Positions 38,158-48,064 of a stretch of 64,000 nt of DNA are shown here, one piece after another. The position numbers and the translations under genes are program-made. Position 1 is the stretch's first letter; each line of letters opens with the position of its first letter. Under the pieces are notes generated by a model, which did no database searches, was not told the origin of the DNA, and worked only from the letters and a program-made list of their open reading frames with translations. The DNA comes from Opitutales bacterium (lineage in GTDB: Bacteria; Verrucomicrobiota; Verrucomicrobiia; Opitutales; JABSRG01), in NCBI GenBank assembly GCA_049599475.1, contig JBMYOQ010000012.1, positions 24,089-88,088 on the forward strand, given 5' to 3'.

Positions 38158-40233
38158 ATGAGCGATCCCTATTTGCAGGACGATTTTTCTGGAGCTGGTT
38201 TCGATTGGAACGAGTTTCTGAGGAACGTCTATTACCGGTCGCTGCTTATCATGAAGCAGCTTTGGTGGATCCCCCTGTTTACGGTGTCCATCGGTGTGGC
38301 ATACTCGGCTTACAAGAGTTTGCAGAAACCGATCGTTTATTCTTCTTCAGCACAAATGCACGTGGGGCCTCAGATAGCTGTGCCCGAAGGGCGTTTATAC
38401 AGTGAGGAGCTATCCAGTTTCTTCGGGACCCAATTAGAATTTATGCGCAGCAAGCGGGTGCTCAATGCTGCGCACGATCGGGTAAAAGTCGAAAGGCCAG
38501 ATTTGCCGCGCAGCCAGGTCTCAGTTTCCGCTCGGCGTAAACCAGATACATCCTTGTTTCAGCTGCGCGCGGAGGGATCCGACTCACTCTATACCCAGGC
38601 ATACTTAGATGCGGTTTTGCAGGAGTATATGGGCTTCCGCAGTGAAATGAGGAGTCAGACTGCGCAGGAGACTTACATCCGAATCTCTGGAGAAATTGAT
38701 CGCTTGGAAAATGAAATCGTCCGACGCGAGGAGGCGATTGTGGATTTTCAGCGGCAGAATAATGTTGTGTTCCTGGAAGAGCAGGTGGCCTTAGCCAGTC
38801 AATTTATCACGGAACTCACGAGTGGCCGCGCGCGTCTTTCGAGCGAACTCAAGTCCCTCGAAAGTATCCCCTTCGATCAGCGCGTAGAGATGCAGTCCGT
38901 TTCATCTCTCGGGGTGGAGGAGGAATCAATGGATGTCGTCTCGGCCTATGTGCGTGCGCGAAACGAGCTCAATGGGCTCAAGTCGGTGCGTGAGGAATTT
39001 GGCATCTATTTACGCCCCAAGCATCCCAAAATGATTCGCATGGATGATGAGATCGAGCGGATGCAAAATACGGTTAACATCCTCAAACAGCAGAGCTCTG
39101 CGAAGGACGAGGATCGAAAAGCATTCCTGGAAATCCGTATCAAAAATCTCGATGAAGAGATCGCTGATTGGGAGAGCAAATCCCTGGACTACAGTCAGCG
39201 CCTCGCAGCTTTCAAAAAGCTCGAATCTCAGCTGGACCTAGCGCGAAAGAATTATAGCCGTCTGTCTCAATCTCTCGAAAGCATCGACTTGAATCAGAAT
39301 ATTCAGCAAGAGATGGTCAATGTGTTGGAGCCGGCTTCAAAGGCCAGTGAGATGAAGGCCGACCTGCGCAAGGACATGATAAAAGGCGGCTTCATGGGTG
39401 GGTTTGTGGCCGTCGTCCTGTGGGCACTTGTTGGATATCTCGATAATCGCGTTCTCAATGTGGAGGACCTGGATAAGAATTTTGACCACTCAGTTATTGG
39501 AGTGATCCCCAAAGAGCGTGTGCGGCGCAGCGAGACCTTTGATCTTCTACACGAAGGAGCACGCCGGCCCATGTTTGAGGAAGCGCTGCGGAATCTGCGA
39601 TCGTCACTTTTATTCATTGATCAGGGGCATCTCGGATCGACTACCGTTCGGCCGAAGGTCTTTGCTTTAACCTCTGCCGTGCCGAACGAAGGTAAATCCA
39701 CCATCGCAAGTAATTTAGGGGTAGCGATGGCGATGGCTCGCTCGAAGACACTGATTATCGATGCCGATATGCGCCGAGGCACTCTCTATGAGACCTTCGG
39801 AGTGTCCAAAACCGATGGTCTGTGCGAATTGATACAGTCCAAGGGCCAACTCGCGGATTACGTGCAAAAGACTGAGCTGGAGGACCTGGATGTCCTTACC
39901 ACCGGAGAGCGTATTGAGCAGCCCAGTGAACTCTTTTTGGACGATTGGTTAGGCAAAGTCATTGAGCAAGCGCGGTCGACCTACCAATACATTATCATCG
40001 ATACGGCGCCGATTTTGGCGACCGATGATACGATGACATTTATCCGGCACATCGATATGATCGCATTTGTCGTACGTTCCGGTCGCACACAATTGCGGCA
40101 ATTGCGACCCGCAGTCGAAAAGCTTGAGCAACGGCGCGCGCGTTTCGCAGGTTTTGTATTGAATTTCTTGGATTCAAAGCAGCCCTCGTATCACTATTAT
40201 AAATACTACGATTATTACTCCAAAGAGGAGTAA
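38158..40233 (+). CDS. wzc: Polysaccharide co-polymerase/BY-kinase (Wzc family)
   Basis: Two TM segments around a coiled coil, HPK motif, SAVPNEGKST, IIDADMR, IIIDTAP, terminal YHYYKYYDYY. Confidence 0.9.
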   Translation: MSDPYLQDDFSGAGFDWNEFLRNVYYRSLLIMKQLWWIPLFTVSIGVAYSAYKSLQKPIVYSSSAQMHVGPQIAVPEGRLYSEELSSFFGTQLEFMRSKRVLNAAHDRVKVERPDLPRSQVSVSARRKPDTSLFQLRAEGSDSLYTQAYLDAVLQEYMGFRSEMRSQTAQETYIRISGEIDRLENEIVRREEAIVDFQRQNNVVFLEEQVALASQFITELTSGRARLSSELKSLESIPFDQRVEMQSVSSLGVEEESMDVVSAYVRARNELNGLKSVREEFGIYLRPKHPKMIRMDDEIERMQNTVNILKQQSSAKDEDRKAFLEIRIKNLDEEIADWESKSLDYSQRLAAFKKLESQLDLARKNYSRLSQSLESIDLNQNIQQEMVNVLEPASKASEMKADLRKDMIKGGFMGGFVAVVLWALVGYLDNRVLNVEDLDKNFDHSVIGVIPKERVRRSETFDLLHEGARRPMFEEALRNLRSSLLFIDQGHLGSTTVRPKVFALTSAVPNEGKSTIASNLGVAMAMARSKTLIIDADMRRGTLYETFGVSKTDGLCELIQSKGQLADYVQKTELEDLDVLTTGERIEQPSELFLDDWLGKVIEQARSTYQYIIIDTAPILATDDTMTFIRHIDMIAFVVRSGRTQLRQLRPAVEKLEQRRARFAGFVLNFLDSKQPSYHYYKYYDYYSKEE

Positions 40234-40240
40234 CGGTACG

Positions 40241-40290
40241 AGAATTTGCGCATTCAGCTAAGGCTGTATCTCCGAGGCAGCCGCTGCGAG
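40241..40290. repeat. Family B repeat, left-arm-only copy
   Basis: GGCTGTATCTCCGAGGCAGCCGCTGCGA (40262-40289) is 27/28 identical to 4535-4562. Confidence 0.85.
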
Positions 40291-40490
40291 CATCGGAAGC
40301 CACCCTAACCACTTTAGTTTACAACTCCATCCTTGGTGAGCCGACGTTGGTTAGCCAGTCACAAAGACCTTGGCCGGTTCACCATACCATTGGTTTGCTA
40401 AAATAATTTAGAGAAAGGGCCTTGGCCAAAACCACACCCGTAGAATCCTGGGTTGCCAATTGGATGTTTTAACGATTCGGGTAGTAGGTA

Positions 40491-43481
40491 ATGTCTTCTG
40501 AAAACCGCCATAACCAAGATGATGAACGCCGTGAACGGCGTTCTCGATCGTCTGGGCGCTCCGGCAGTAGCCGTGGGAGTGGTTTGAGTAGCTCGCGCGA
40601 GAGTAGATCTGACAGAAGCCGTAGCTCGAGGAGTTCGAGAGATAGCCGCTCGGGGAGCTCAAGCCGCAGTAACAGTTCGAGTCGTAGCAGTGGCTCAAGC
40701 CGCAGTAGCAGTTCGAGTCGTAGCAGTGGCTCAAGCCGCAGTGGAGAACGGGGAAGTTCGAGCCGTTCAGAACGCAGCTCGAGCCGCGACTCAAGTAGTG
40801 AACGGCGGAGTAGTCGGCGCAGAAGCAGCAGTAGTCGCAGTGAATCGCATTCCCGGAGGGAGTCGTCTCGCGATAAGGAGGCCTCTGGAAGTAAGCGATC
40901 CTCGTCTGATTCATCCTCGTCGCGATCTTCGAGTTCGAGTCGCTCAGCGTCTCAGTCGAAAAGTCCGGTATCCTTGAGGAAACCTGCAAAGCAGACAGAT
41001 GCTCGGGGAATCTTCAGTTCTCATGCGATTCGCTTACAGGCGATGCTCACGGTCTTGGGGCGTGAGGTGGACAAAGACAATGAGCGGGAAAACGCGCGCT
41101 TTCTCCGGGAAGTATCGAATGAGATTCAACCGTATGTATGGGGTATCGGCTTGTTTGTGGTCCTCATGTTTACTGGCGCGGGTACGACTGTTTTGTCTCA
41201 AGGGATTTTGCTGCTCGGGGTGGGTTTGAGCCTTCTGTGTATCCCTTCGGTGCATCGGGTCTCTGGAGCCTATGTCATAGGAATGGGTCTCTTGAGTATC
41301 GTTGCCCTGCACGCCTGGATTCCGGTGGATGGATTCTCTTTAGGAGAGTGGCGTGAAGTCTATTTGGGTGATCCTGATTCTCAGGCACTCCCGATCTTAG
41401 GTCCGAATTTTGGTGATCATATCGTCTCTTGGCTCTTACTCCTCGCGGGGGTCGTTTGGCTAACTTGGGTGCTCTCTTTCAAGATTCGCAGTGAATCCGC
41501 TCACGCAGTCCTGTGGATAGTCGCTGTTGTCATCGCCCTGCTCAGTGTCGGAGTGATGCTAGCTAATACTCTGGATTTGAGACTTCCTTTCGCTCAGGAC
41601 GCGACCACCTTTACCTATTTTCCAAACCGAAACCAAACGAGTATCGTGCTCGCCGTCGGAGCCTGTATCGCGCTGGGTAAGACACTGTATAACGCCATGC
41701 ACCTGCGTTTGATTGCATTTGGTTTTGGCGCGATACTCTCGATTGTCACCCTGAATGGCTTGTTGCAAATGCAGTCGCGCGGAGGCGTGTTATTCTTATT
41801 CCTCGGCTTACTGGCATTTACGATCTCGGCCAGTTGGCTCACGCGCAAATCGAGCTCACTGCCTTGGTTGAGGCTGGGACTGCCCTGTGGCTTGTTGGCA
41901 ATATCTCTGTTTACCTTGGTCGATGCCGGGGTGAGGGATCGCATGATGCCGCTCTTGCGCGGGGATTTTTCGGGGCTCGGAGACGAATTTCGCTATGCTG
42001 TATGGTCGGATACCTTACAATTAATACAAGGCGAACCTCTGGGGGTCGGGCTGGGTCATTACGCTTCGGTGATCCCTCAATACCTCGAGCGGGCATCTGT
42101 GGGTAAAACGGTCCTTCATCCGGAGAGCTCTTGGCTCTGGGCATTGGCGGAACTCGGGTGGATCGGATTTTTCCTGGTGGTGATATTGGCTGGGTTTGTT
42201 GCGGTATTGGCGATACTGAGCCTTAAACTGTTCCCTAATCCCATCCGTTTACTCGCGTTTGTGGCTATCGGGATACTCTTCGGGCATAGCTTGGTGGATG
42301 TTGGCTGGCACCGTCCTGGTTTGTGGATTTTAGGCTTTTTACTGTTAGGAGTCGTCTTTAGACCGCAGACGGGTGTTCGGCTTAAGGAGGCGTCTGTCAT
42401 GTATCGCTGGTTACAGAAAATCGCGGCGCTTGGCTTTATGGCGCTCGGGCTTCTCTGGCTAGTCGGCAGTTTCTTCGGACTTCCCGTGCATGCTCAGCTC
42501 ATTGCAGAAAAGGCAGAGAACGATGCCGCTCGTGCGGTATCTACTCGAAGTCCTCAGGAAGTGCTCGAGGCCACGGAGCGTTGGATAGCCATGCAACCTT
42601 TGAATTGGGAGGCCCATTTCGCCCAAGCGCGCGGTTATCTGCAAGCTGGAGGAAGTGATGAGGCCTTGGCCATTAAGTCCTTTCGCACAGCACGCTATTT
42701 GAATCCACATCTTGCGGATATCGGTATGATGGAGGGGGATACGTGGCTGACGCGGGGAAATGCTGCTCGCGCTTTCAATGCCTGGAATTGGATGCTCAGC
42801 CGTCGGTCGGAGAACGATGAAGAGTTGCTCAAAAAGCTTTTCATGCGGGCTTGGAATTCTGAAAATGCGCGCGATCAGCTCATACTCCTGTCAGAGACCC
42901 AGCCACGTTTGCGTCTGAAGGTGTATGAGGAAGTCGAGCTGAAGGACTTTCTGGAAATGGTGGAAGGCGACCTCGAAGCCGAGGAACTCGGTTATCCCTT
43001 TTGGCTGCAAATGCCTGCAGATATTCGCATGCGTTGGGTCCGAACTATGGGCTGGGAGGCTCTGCAAGAGTTTGTTCGGAACAATCCAAGTTTTGCGTCC
43101 TTACTCGCTCAGTGGCCCTTCCGCTATGAGGGCTTGATCGGTGACCAAAAGCTGGATGAGGCCTTGGCACTTTTCAGAGACAAAACACCCCTACCTGGCA
43201 TACCCGGCAATGTTGAAGAGGAGGAAGTTATCTCTCTGGAAAGGCAGTTTCGGAATACAAACAACGATCCTTTCCGTGGCTTTCTCGTGGCGAAGAAATA
43301 TATCGAACTCGGTCGTGAGGCTGATGCTCTCGAGCTCCTGGGCAATCTTACTGATCGGCACCGAGATCTCCCCAGTTTTGCATATTATTGGGAGGGAGAG
43401 CTGCTAAACCGATCTGGGGAAACTCAGCTCGCTGCAGATGCGTGGTCGCGCTGGATTTTACGGACCGGAATGGTAGAGTAA
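40491..43481 (+). CDS. O-antigen ligase/Wzy_C family membrane protein with Ser/Arg-rich N-terminus and TPR-like C-terminus
   Basis: About 12 TM segments, FPNRNQ, SRGG, R..VWSD, GVGLGHY, HPESSWL..LAELG, HSLVD; helical repeat-like C-terminal region. Confidence 0.8.
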   Translation: MSSENRHNQDDERRERRSRSSGRSGSSRGSGLSSSRESRSDRSRSSRSSRDSRSGSSSRSNSSSRSSGSSRSSSSSRSSGSSRSGERGSSSRSERSSSRDSSSERRSSRRRSSSSRSESHSRRESSRDKEASGSKRSSSDSSSSRSSSSSRSASQSKSPVSLRKPAKQTDARGIFSSHAIRLQAMLTVLGREVDKDNERENARFLREVSNEIQPYVWGIGLFVVLMFTGAGTTVLSQGILLLGVGLSLLCIPSVHRVSGAYVIGMGLLSIVALHAWIPVDGFSLGEWREVYLGDPDSQALPILGPNFGDHIVSWLLLLAGVVWLTWVLSFKIRSESAHAVLWIVAVVIALLSVGVMLANTLDLRLPFAQDATTFTYFPNRNQTSIVLAVGACIALGKTLYNAMHLRLIAFGFGAILSIVTLNGLLQMQSRGGVLFLFLGLLAFTISASWLTRKSSSLPWLRLGLPCGLLAISLFTLVDAGVRDRMMPLLRGDFSGLGDEFRYAVWSDTLQLIQGEPLGVGLGHYASVIPQYLERASVGKTVLHPESSWLWALAELGWIGFFLVVILAGFVAVLAILSLKLFPNPIRLLAFVAIGILFGHSLVDVGWHRPGLWILGFLLLGVVFRPQTGVRLKEASVMYRWLQKIAALGFMALGLLWLVGSFFGLPVHAQLIAEKAENDAARAVSTRSPQEVLEATERWIAMQPLNWEAHFAQARGYLQAGGSDEALAIKSFRTARYLNPHLADIGMMEGDTWLTRGNAARAFNAWNWMLSRRSENDEELLKKLFMRAWNSENARDQLILLSETQPRLRLKVYEEVELKDFLEMVEGDLEAEELGYPFWLQMPADIRMRWVRTMGWEALQEFVRNNPSFASLLAQWPFRYEGLIGDQKLDEALALFRDKTPLPGIPGNVEEEEVISLERQFRNTNNDPFRGFLVAKKYIELGREADALELLGNLTDRHRDLPSFAYYWEGELLNRSGETQLAADAWSRWILRTGMVE
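40657..40742 (+). repeat. 36-bp coding tandem repeat (about 2.4 copies)
   Basis: GCTCAAGCCGCAGTA(A/G)CAGTTCGAGTCGTAGCAGTG twice plus 14 nt. Confidence 0.9.
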
Positions 43482-43485
43482 AGCC

Positions 43486-44391
43486 ATGCAGCAATCAGAC
43501 AAGCAACCGACCTTGGCCGTGCTCGGTGCCGGCTATATCGGCTCACAGTTGGCCCAGGAAGCATCTAAAAAAGGCTGGAATGTATGGGCCCTTACGCGGA
43601 ATCCAGAGCGCATTTCTGAGCTTTCAGAGCTTGGGGTGAATACCATACAGGCTCGCACAGACGATGCGGGCTGGGAGTCCGAAATGCCCGATCAGGTAAA
43701 CGCTGTTGTCTATTGCGCAAGTTCTGCGGCGCGGGGTGTTGAGGGGTATCGGCAGTCTTACGTGGATGGTCAGAAACGAGCGCTTGCCTGGGCCGAAGCT
43801 CGAGGTGTCCAGCAATACGTCTATACCAGCAGCACAAGTGTATATGGTGAAGCCCATGGTAAGTGGGTAGACGAGGAGTCGGGGCCTTGGTCCGATACCG
43901 AGTATGCGAAAATTCTGCTCGAGGCCGAAAAGCTTGTATTGAGCTCTCAGGTACATTCAGCCGTCTTGAGGCTAGCTGGGATATATGGGCCTCAGCGTCA
44001 TTTGCTTTGGGATCGCGTAGCTGAGGCTACAGATTCACGCTTGCCGGGATATGGGGATACTTACCTGAATTTGATTCACCGCGATGATTGTGTTGCTGCA
44101 ATTATTGCATTGATCGCAACCCCGTCGAGTGAATCGAGGGTGTATAATTTGGCGGATGATGATCCTGCCACACGGCAAGAGATCGTAGATTGGTGTGTGG
44201 GGCGTTTGAACAAACCACGCATCCTGTTTGATCCAGAGATGGCCTCTTTAGACAAGCGAGCAGCGCGGTTCGCTTCCGGACGCAGGCCCAATCGCCGTAT
44301 CCGCGCCGATCAGTTTAAGACCGAAATCGGATGGAAGCCCAAATATAGTGACTTCCGAGAAGGGTATCAGGGGATCGGTCTTGGAGCCTAG
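43486..44391 (+). CDS. NAD-dependent epimerase/dehydratase (atypical SDR)
   Basis: LGAGYIG, TSSTSVYG, LRLAGIYGP, NLIHRDD. Confidence 0.85.
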   Translation: MQQSDKQPTLAVLGAGYIGSQLAQEASKKGWNVWALTRNPERISELSELGVNTIQARTDDAGWESEMPDQVNAVVYCASSAARGVEGYRQSYVDGQKRALAWAEARGVQQYVYTSSTSVYGEAHGKWVDEESGPWSDTEYAKILLEAEKLVLSSQVHSAVLRLAGIYGPQRHLLWDRVAEATDSRLPGYGDTYLNLIHRDDCVAAIIALIATPSSESRVYNLADDDPATRQEIVDWCVGRLNKPRILFDPEMASLDKRAARFASGRRPNRRIRADQFKTEIGWKPKYSDFREGYQGIGLGA

Positions 44392-44392
44392 G

Positions 44393-44779
44393 CTACCTCT
44401 TATACCATTTACCGTCTCGGCTTTGGAGCCAAACACCGGCGGAGGATTTTTTACGCAGCTCTGCCGCGCGGCTTTCACCGACGACTTGGGCAGTCAGGCC
44501 AAGGCGTTGCCCAATGATTGTGTAGAGCGCTGTGCGGTCCGTGTTCTCAGATTTTATGAGGGCTTCCGCTTCCTTGGAGATACTCCCGCGTGCGGCGAGG
44601 TAGCCCTTGTTATCTTCTCCGATTTGGCCTGATGCTTTCAGGGCATCAACCGACTTGAGACGCTCGATAATCCGGGCCTTGATTGCCGGTTCGTCCATGT
44701 TCGGGGCATCTGCTTTCACGTGCAGCGTAGCTCCAAAGGCGAGCATGATGAGTAGTGAGAAAATGGATTTGGGAAACAT
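44393..44779 (-). CDS. ydbL: YdbL family (DUF1318) protein
   Basis: Signal peptide, LKASGQIGEDNKGYL, ENTDR..LY, GVWLQ..DGKW; synteny with ynbE and ydbH. Confidence 0.85.
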   Translation of the reverse strand: MFPKSIFSLLIMLAFGATLHVKADAPNMDEPAIKARIIERLKSVDALKASGQIGEDNKGYLAARGSISKEAEALIKSENTDRTALYTIIGQRLGLTAQVVGESRAAELRKKSSAGVWLQSRDGKWYKR

Positions 44780-44783
44780 GTTC

Positions 44784-45005
44784 TTACGGGTTGGATGTTG
44801 TTTCTGTTGCAGCTACGGTGGTGGATGCGGCGTCGATATCGCCGAACACGCTTTCTAGCTCTTCTTCGAGCTGCACCTTGAGGTTTACGTCTAGGGTAAT
44901 GTGAATTGGCTCAATTGAGCTGTGGGTTTTCACATTGATGCAGCCTGTGCCGACTGCGGAGAGGATAAGCCCTCCGGTGAGGGTGAAACGTGCGAGCGGA
45001 TTCAT
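44784..45005 (-). CDS. ynbE: YnbE family lipoprotein
   Basis: Lipobox GTGC, EPIHITLDVNLKV, L..VFGDID. Confidence 0.85.
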   Translation of the reverse strand: MNPLARFTLTGGLILSAVGTGCINVKTHSSIEPIHITLDVNLKVQLEEELESVFGDIDAASTTVAATETTSNP

Positions 45006-45011
45006 CAGAAA

Positions 45012-47966
45012 TTATTCAATAGTTGGGCTCATGGAACTGAGGCGAATAAGGAAATTGTAGAAAGCGGTAAGCGAGCCGCGAATCGGGATATCAAGGTTTA
45101 TGGGGACTTCTAGATCTCCAGACCGCCCGCTTCCCGAAATGTTTATTTTCAGGGGTATTTCCGGAGTGTTTTTAGAGAATAGAGCCATCTCAAACTTATC
45201 TACGGTCAAATCGGCCAGAGCATCATTGATTATTTTTTGGGGCTGTAAATCGAGTTTCTCCAAAACCCAGTCTCCTGTCGTGCCTGTGCCAAAGCTGTCT
45301 GGGCGAAAGATCTTCGAATTGTAGTAGAGTTTTGCGAATTCGCCGTCGGGAAGATTCATGGTGGCTTCCCGGGGGATGAAGCTGCCGTTGCGGAAAGTGA
45401 AGGGAACCTTACCTTCCAGCCTCCCTTCTAGGCGTCCGTCGAAGCTTTCTATGAGGCGGCCTAGCTCTGCCAAGTCTAAGTCCTCAACTTGGAGCGCACT
45501 TTCGATCGTGAGAGGTTGGATGCTCATAGATGCGGGTAAGAGAGAGACGTGCCCGCCAAGGATCTCTAGTCCTGCCTGGTTTACCCGAGCCAGCCTACCA
45601 GCTGCCCAATCCCAGCGGATATCCCAGTTCGTAGATGCAATATCGCCGAAAGAAATGGTGTCTGCTCGGAAGCGATTGTGATCCTGCTGACCCGTAAATG
45701 CTCGAATCGATTCAAACTGAAACTGACCCGCAATGCCCGACCCCGTGACCCCCGTAGCTGGGTAGTTGAAGCTCATGGAGTCGAACTCAACATCTATCGA
45801 AGCATCCAGGGGTTCTGCGCCAATGAGGATCACACTTGAAGCTCCAAAAGCCCCAGAGAGCGTGGTGCCGCTATACTCGGGCAAAAATTGAGAGATGATG
45901 TCGGAGTCCTTCAATAAGAAGGGTTCTAGCTCTAGGGACACAGTTACATCCGGCTCTTCTTGTGAGAGATCAGCCTGAACCGTTGCTGCCAGCTCGAGCA
46001 GAGTGTTGTCTGCGAAGACGCCCGCGTTGGCTTGTCCGTCGACGGTGGTGAGGTCATTGAGGTCGATGTGTCCGTATGCGGAGAAATCTTCAGTATTGAG
46101 TGGCCAGTCTCCGGAGAGAAAAACGCTGCTTGTTTCAAAGTCGAGTCGGCCACTGGAAAGCGTCATGTTTAATTGAGGCAGAGCCGCCCGGGCATTTGAG
46201 ACATAGAGATTCTGCGCGGAGAGTTGGAGCTGAGCTTGAGTCTGAGAAAGTAGACTGTCAGCGGACCCTGTTGGGGCATCTGAGCTTCGTACTTTCGAGT
46301 CGTAGACTGTGTCGGCAGTAAGGGAGAGTTCTATATCCTCCATGGTCGCCGCGTCGCCCGCCATTTGACCCTGGGCTGCGAGCTCGCTCTTTAGGTGCCA
46401 ATCCCCGGTAAATCCCTCGGGTGCCCGAAGGCTGGCGAGCATCGCGATCGATCCTGTGAATTGGGCGAGTGGGGATTCTATCCCAATAGCGTTTTCCGGA
46501 CCCTTGAGAGCCGTCTCGATCTCGATGTATTGTGTGGTCTCAGGTTCGAAGATGTTGCTTGACTGTAGATTCAGAGTGAGCGGTGGGAGGTCTAGGCCAG
46601 GGAGTAATCCAGCAGTGGTATCGCTTGGAAGCGAGAACCGTGCTTTTACCGGAGAACTCTCGGTTTCTGGGGCGAGAGCATACTGGATGTCGATCTCCTC
46701 AAAAGTGAGTGCGGGGGTCTCCGAGTCGAGGAAGAGCTTCAGAGTTTGTGAATTTAGAGAAATGTGCTCGGGGGTTGCCTCAGCCTTTAGTGTGAATGGG
46801 GCGAGTGTATAGGTCTGGTAGATTGCTTGGCTTACGTCGACTGAGGCTTTCATTTTCTTGAAAGTCGGCTGTTGAAGCGAGGGCACCTCGGCCTCGCCTA
46901 CCATCGATGCTTGGATGGTCATGGATTGAGCGTCGTCCCGGATAACAATAGGAAGCGTCCATGAGATCGTCGCGCTTTCAGAACCGTGCGCGGTCGATGC
47001 GACGGAATATGCCTCCCCTGAGAATTTGGTGCTCTCATATGTTGCAGACCACGGTCCGCCCTTGAGGTTTAGCTGGTTTGGGGTGCTCGCTTGAGCCGTT
47101 GCCGAGAAGGATACATTCGTCGTTTTTAGGGACCATGCCTGATGTTCCCATTCCAGAAAGTCTGCGCCGCATTCGACCGTAGATTGAAAGGTCGTGAGAT
47201 CGTCTAGCTTGCCGGTGGTGTCTACTTGGACGGTCGTGTTCGGGGAGATGTTGAGTGACTCCAATTCCGGGATGTCGAAAAGCTCGGGTGCCCATGCTTG
47301 GAGCGTTTCAATTAGCTCACGGGGTTCATATATTTGCGCAAGTAGGGTCGCACTCGTGCTGTGAAGAGGATCGATTTCTGTAGTCAGCTTCAAGGATCCC
47401 AATGTCGACGCTAGATCGAGGTGGAGAGTCTTCAGCGCAGACTGCAGGTTGGCCTGAGCGCTTGTGGTGAATTCGAATGTCTGTTCCTGCTGAATGAGTC
47501 GAACCTCGAGCCCTTGAAGATCCAGTTGCAGCAAGGGCAGGAGGTCGAAGTATGACGCCAGGTTCTGGGGTGGGCCGGGTTTTTGTGCCGCTGAGTCCTT
47601 GTCGGCGCTTGTGCTTGGGGCCGGGAGGTTTATCGCGACCTCGCCCTGAGATATTTCGATCGAGCGAATGTTGGACTCTTCCAGTAGCTCCGCGGGGGAG
47701 TAGTGTATCGTCCCTGCGAGATCATTTATACTCCAGGCCCCATCTGCATAGTCCAGCCCGTCGAAGGAAATTTGCTCAAGAGAAACGTCTCGAATTTGAA
47801 GGGATCCGATCGGTATCTCATGTGCTTTTGCGTAAGTCTGAATCGCCCAGTTTATAACATTCACCCGAGCTTGCCACAGTATGAATAGAGCGAGAACACA
47901 GACTCCGAACACACACAAAATTATCCGGCATAGGCGCTTAAAGGTCTGACGAAAGTTCACGGGCAT
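45012..47966 (-). CDS. ydbH: YdbH family AsmA-like intermembrane bridge protein
   Basis: N-terminal TM anchor, long beta-rich body, C-terminal LGGHV..LDLAEL..GRLEGKVPF; upstream of ynbE-ydbL. Confidence 0.75.
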   Translation of the reverse strand: MPVNFRQTFKRLCRIILCVFGVCVLALFILWQARVNVINWAIQTYAKAHEIPIGSLQIRDVSLEQISFDGLDYADGAWSINDLAGTIHYSPAELLEESNIRSIEISQGEVAINLPAPSTSADKDSAAQKPGPPQNLASYFDLLPLLQLDLQGLEVRLIQQEQTFEFTTSAQANLQSALKTLHLDLASTLGSLKLTTEIDPLHSTSATLLAQIYEPRELIETLQAWAPELFDIPELESLNISPNTTVQVDTTGKLDDLTTFQSTVECGADFLEWEHQAWSLKTTNVSFSATAQASTPNQLNLKGGPWSATYESTKFSGEAYSVASTAHGSESATISWTLPIVIRDDAQSMTIQASMVGEAEVPSLQQPTFKKMKASVDVSQAIYQTYTLAPFTLKAEATPEHISLNSQTLKLFLDSETPALTFEEIDIQYALAPETESSPVKARFSLPSDTTAGLLPGLDLPPLTLNLQSSNIFEPETTQYIEIETALKGPENAIGIESPLAQFTGSIAMLASLRAPEGFTGDWHLKSELAAQGQMAGDAATMEDIELSLTADTVYDSKVRSSDAPTGSADSLLSQTQAQLQLSAQNLYVSNARAALPQLNMTLSSGRLDFETSSVFLSGDWPLNTEDFSAYGHIDLNDLTTVDGQANAGVFADNTLLELAATVQADLSQEEPDVTVSLELEPFLLKDSDIISQFLPEYSGTTLSGAFGASSVILIGAEPLDASIDVEFDSMSFNYPATGVTGSGIAGQFQFESIRAFTGQQDHNRFRADTISFGDIASTNWDIRWDWAAGRLARVNQAGLEILGGHVSLLPASMSIQPLTIESALQVEDLDLAELGRLIESFDGRLEGRLEGKVPFTFRNGSFIPREATMNLPDGEFAKLYYNSKIFRPDSFGTGTTGDWVLEKLDLQPQKIINDALADLTVDKFEMALFSKNTPEIPLKINISGSGRSGDLEVPINLDIPIRGSLTAFYNFLIRLSSMSPTIE

Positions 47967-48064
47967 GCGGCAAAACTCAGAAACTCGCGATTCGGAGAAA
48001 GAATTTCATGGTAAAATGCGAGGATTTGCGGTGCTGTTTTAAAGATCCAAGATGGTAGGTTGAT

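Noticed and set aside
40334..40384. Weak inverted repeat TGGTGAGCCGAC / GCCGGTTCACCA
   Set aside because: Short, degenerate and single-copy in the window; cannot be assigned
40408..40989. 193-aa Cys/Tyr-rich minus-strand ORF with CGLSHCYDSNCY repeats
   Set aside because: Antisense reading of the Ser/Arg-rich tract and its 36-bp repeat
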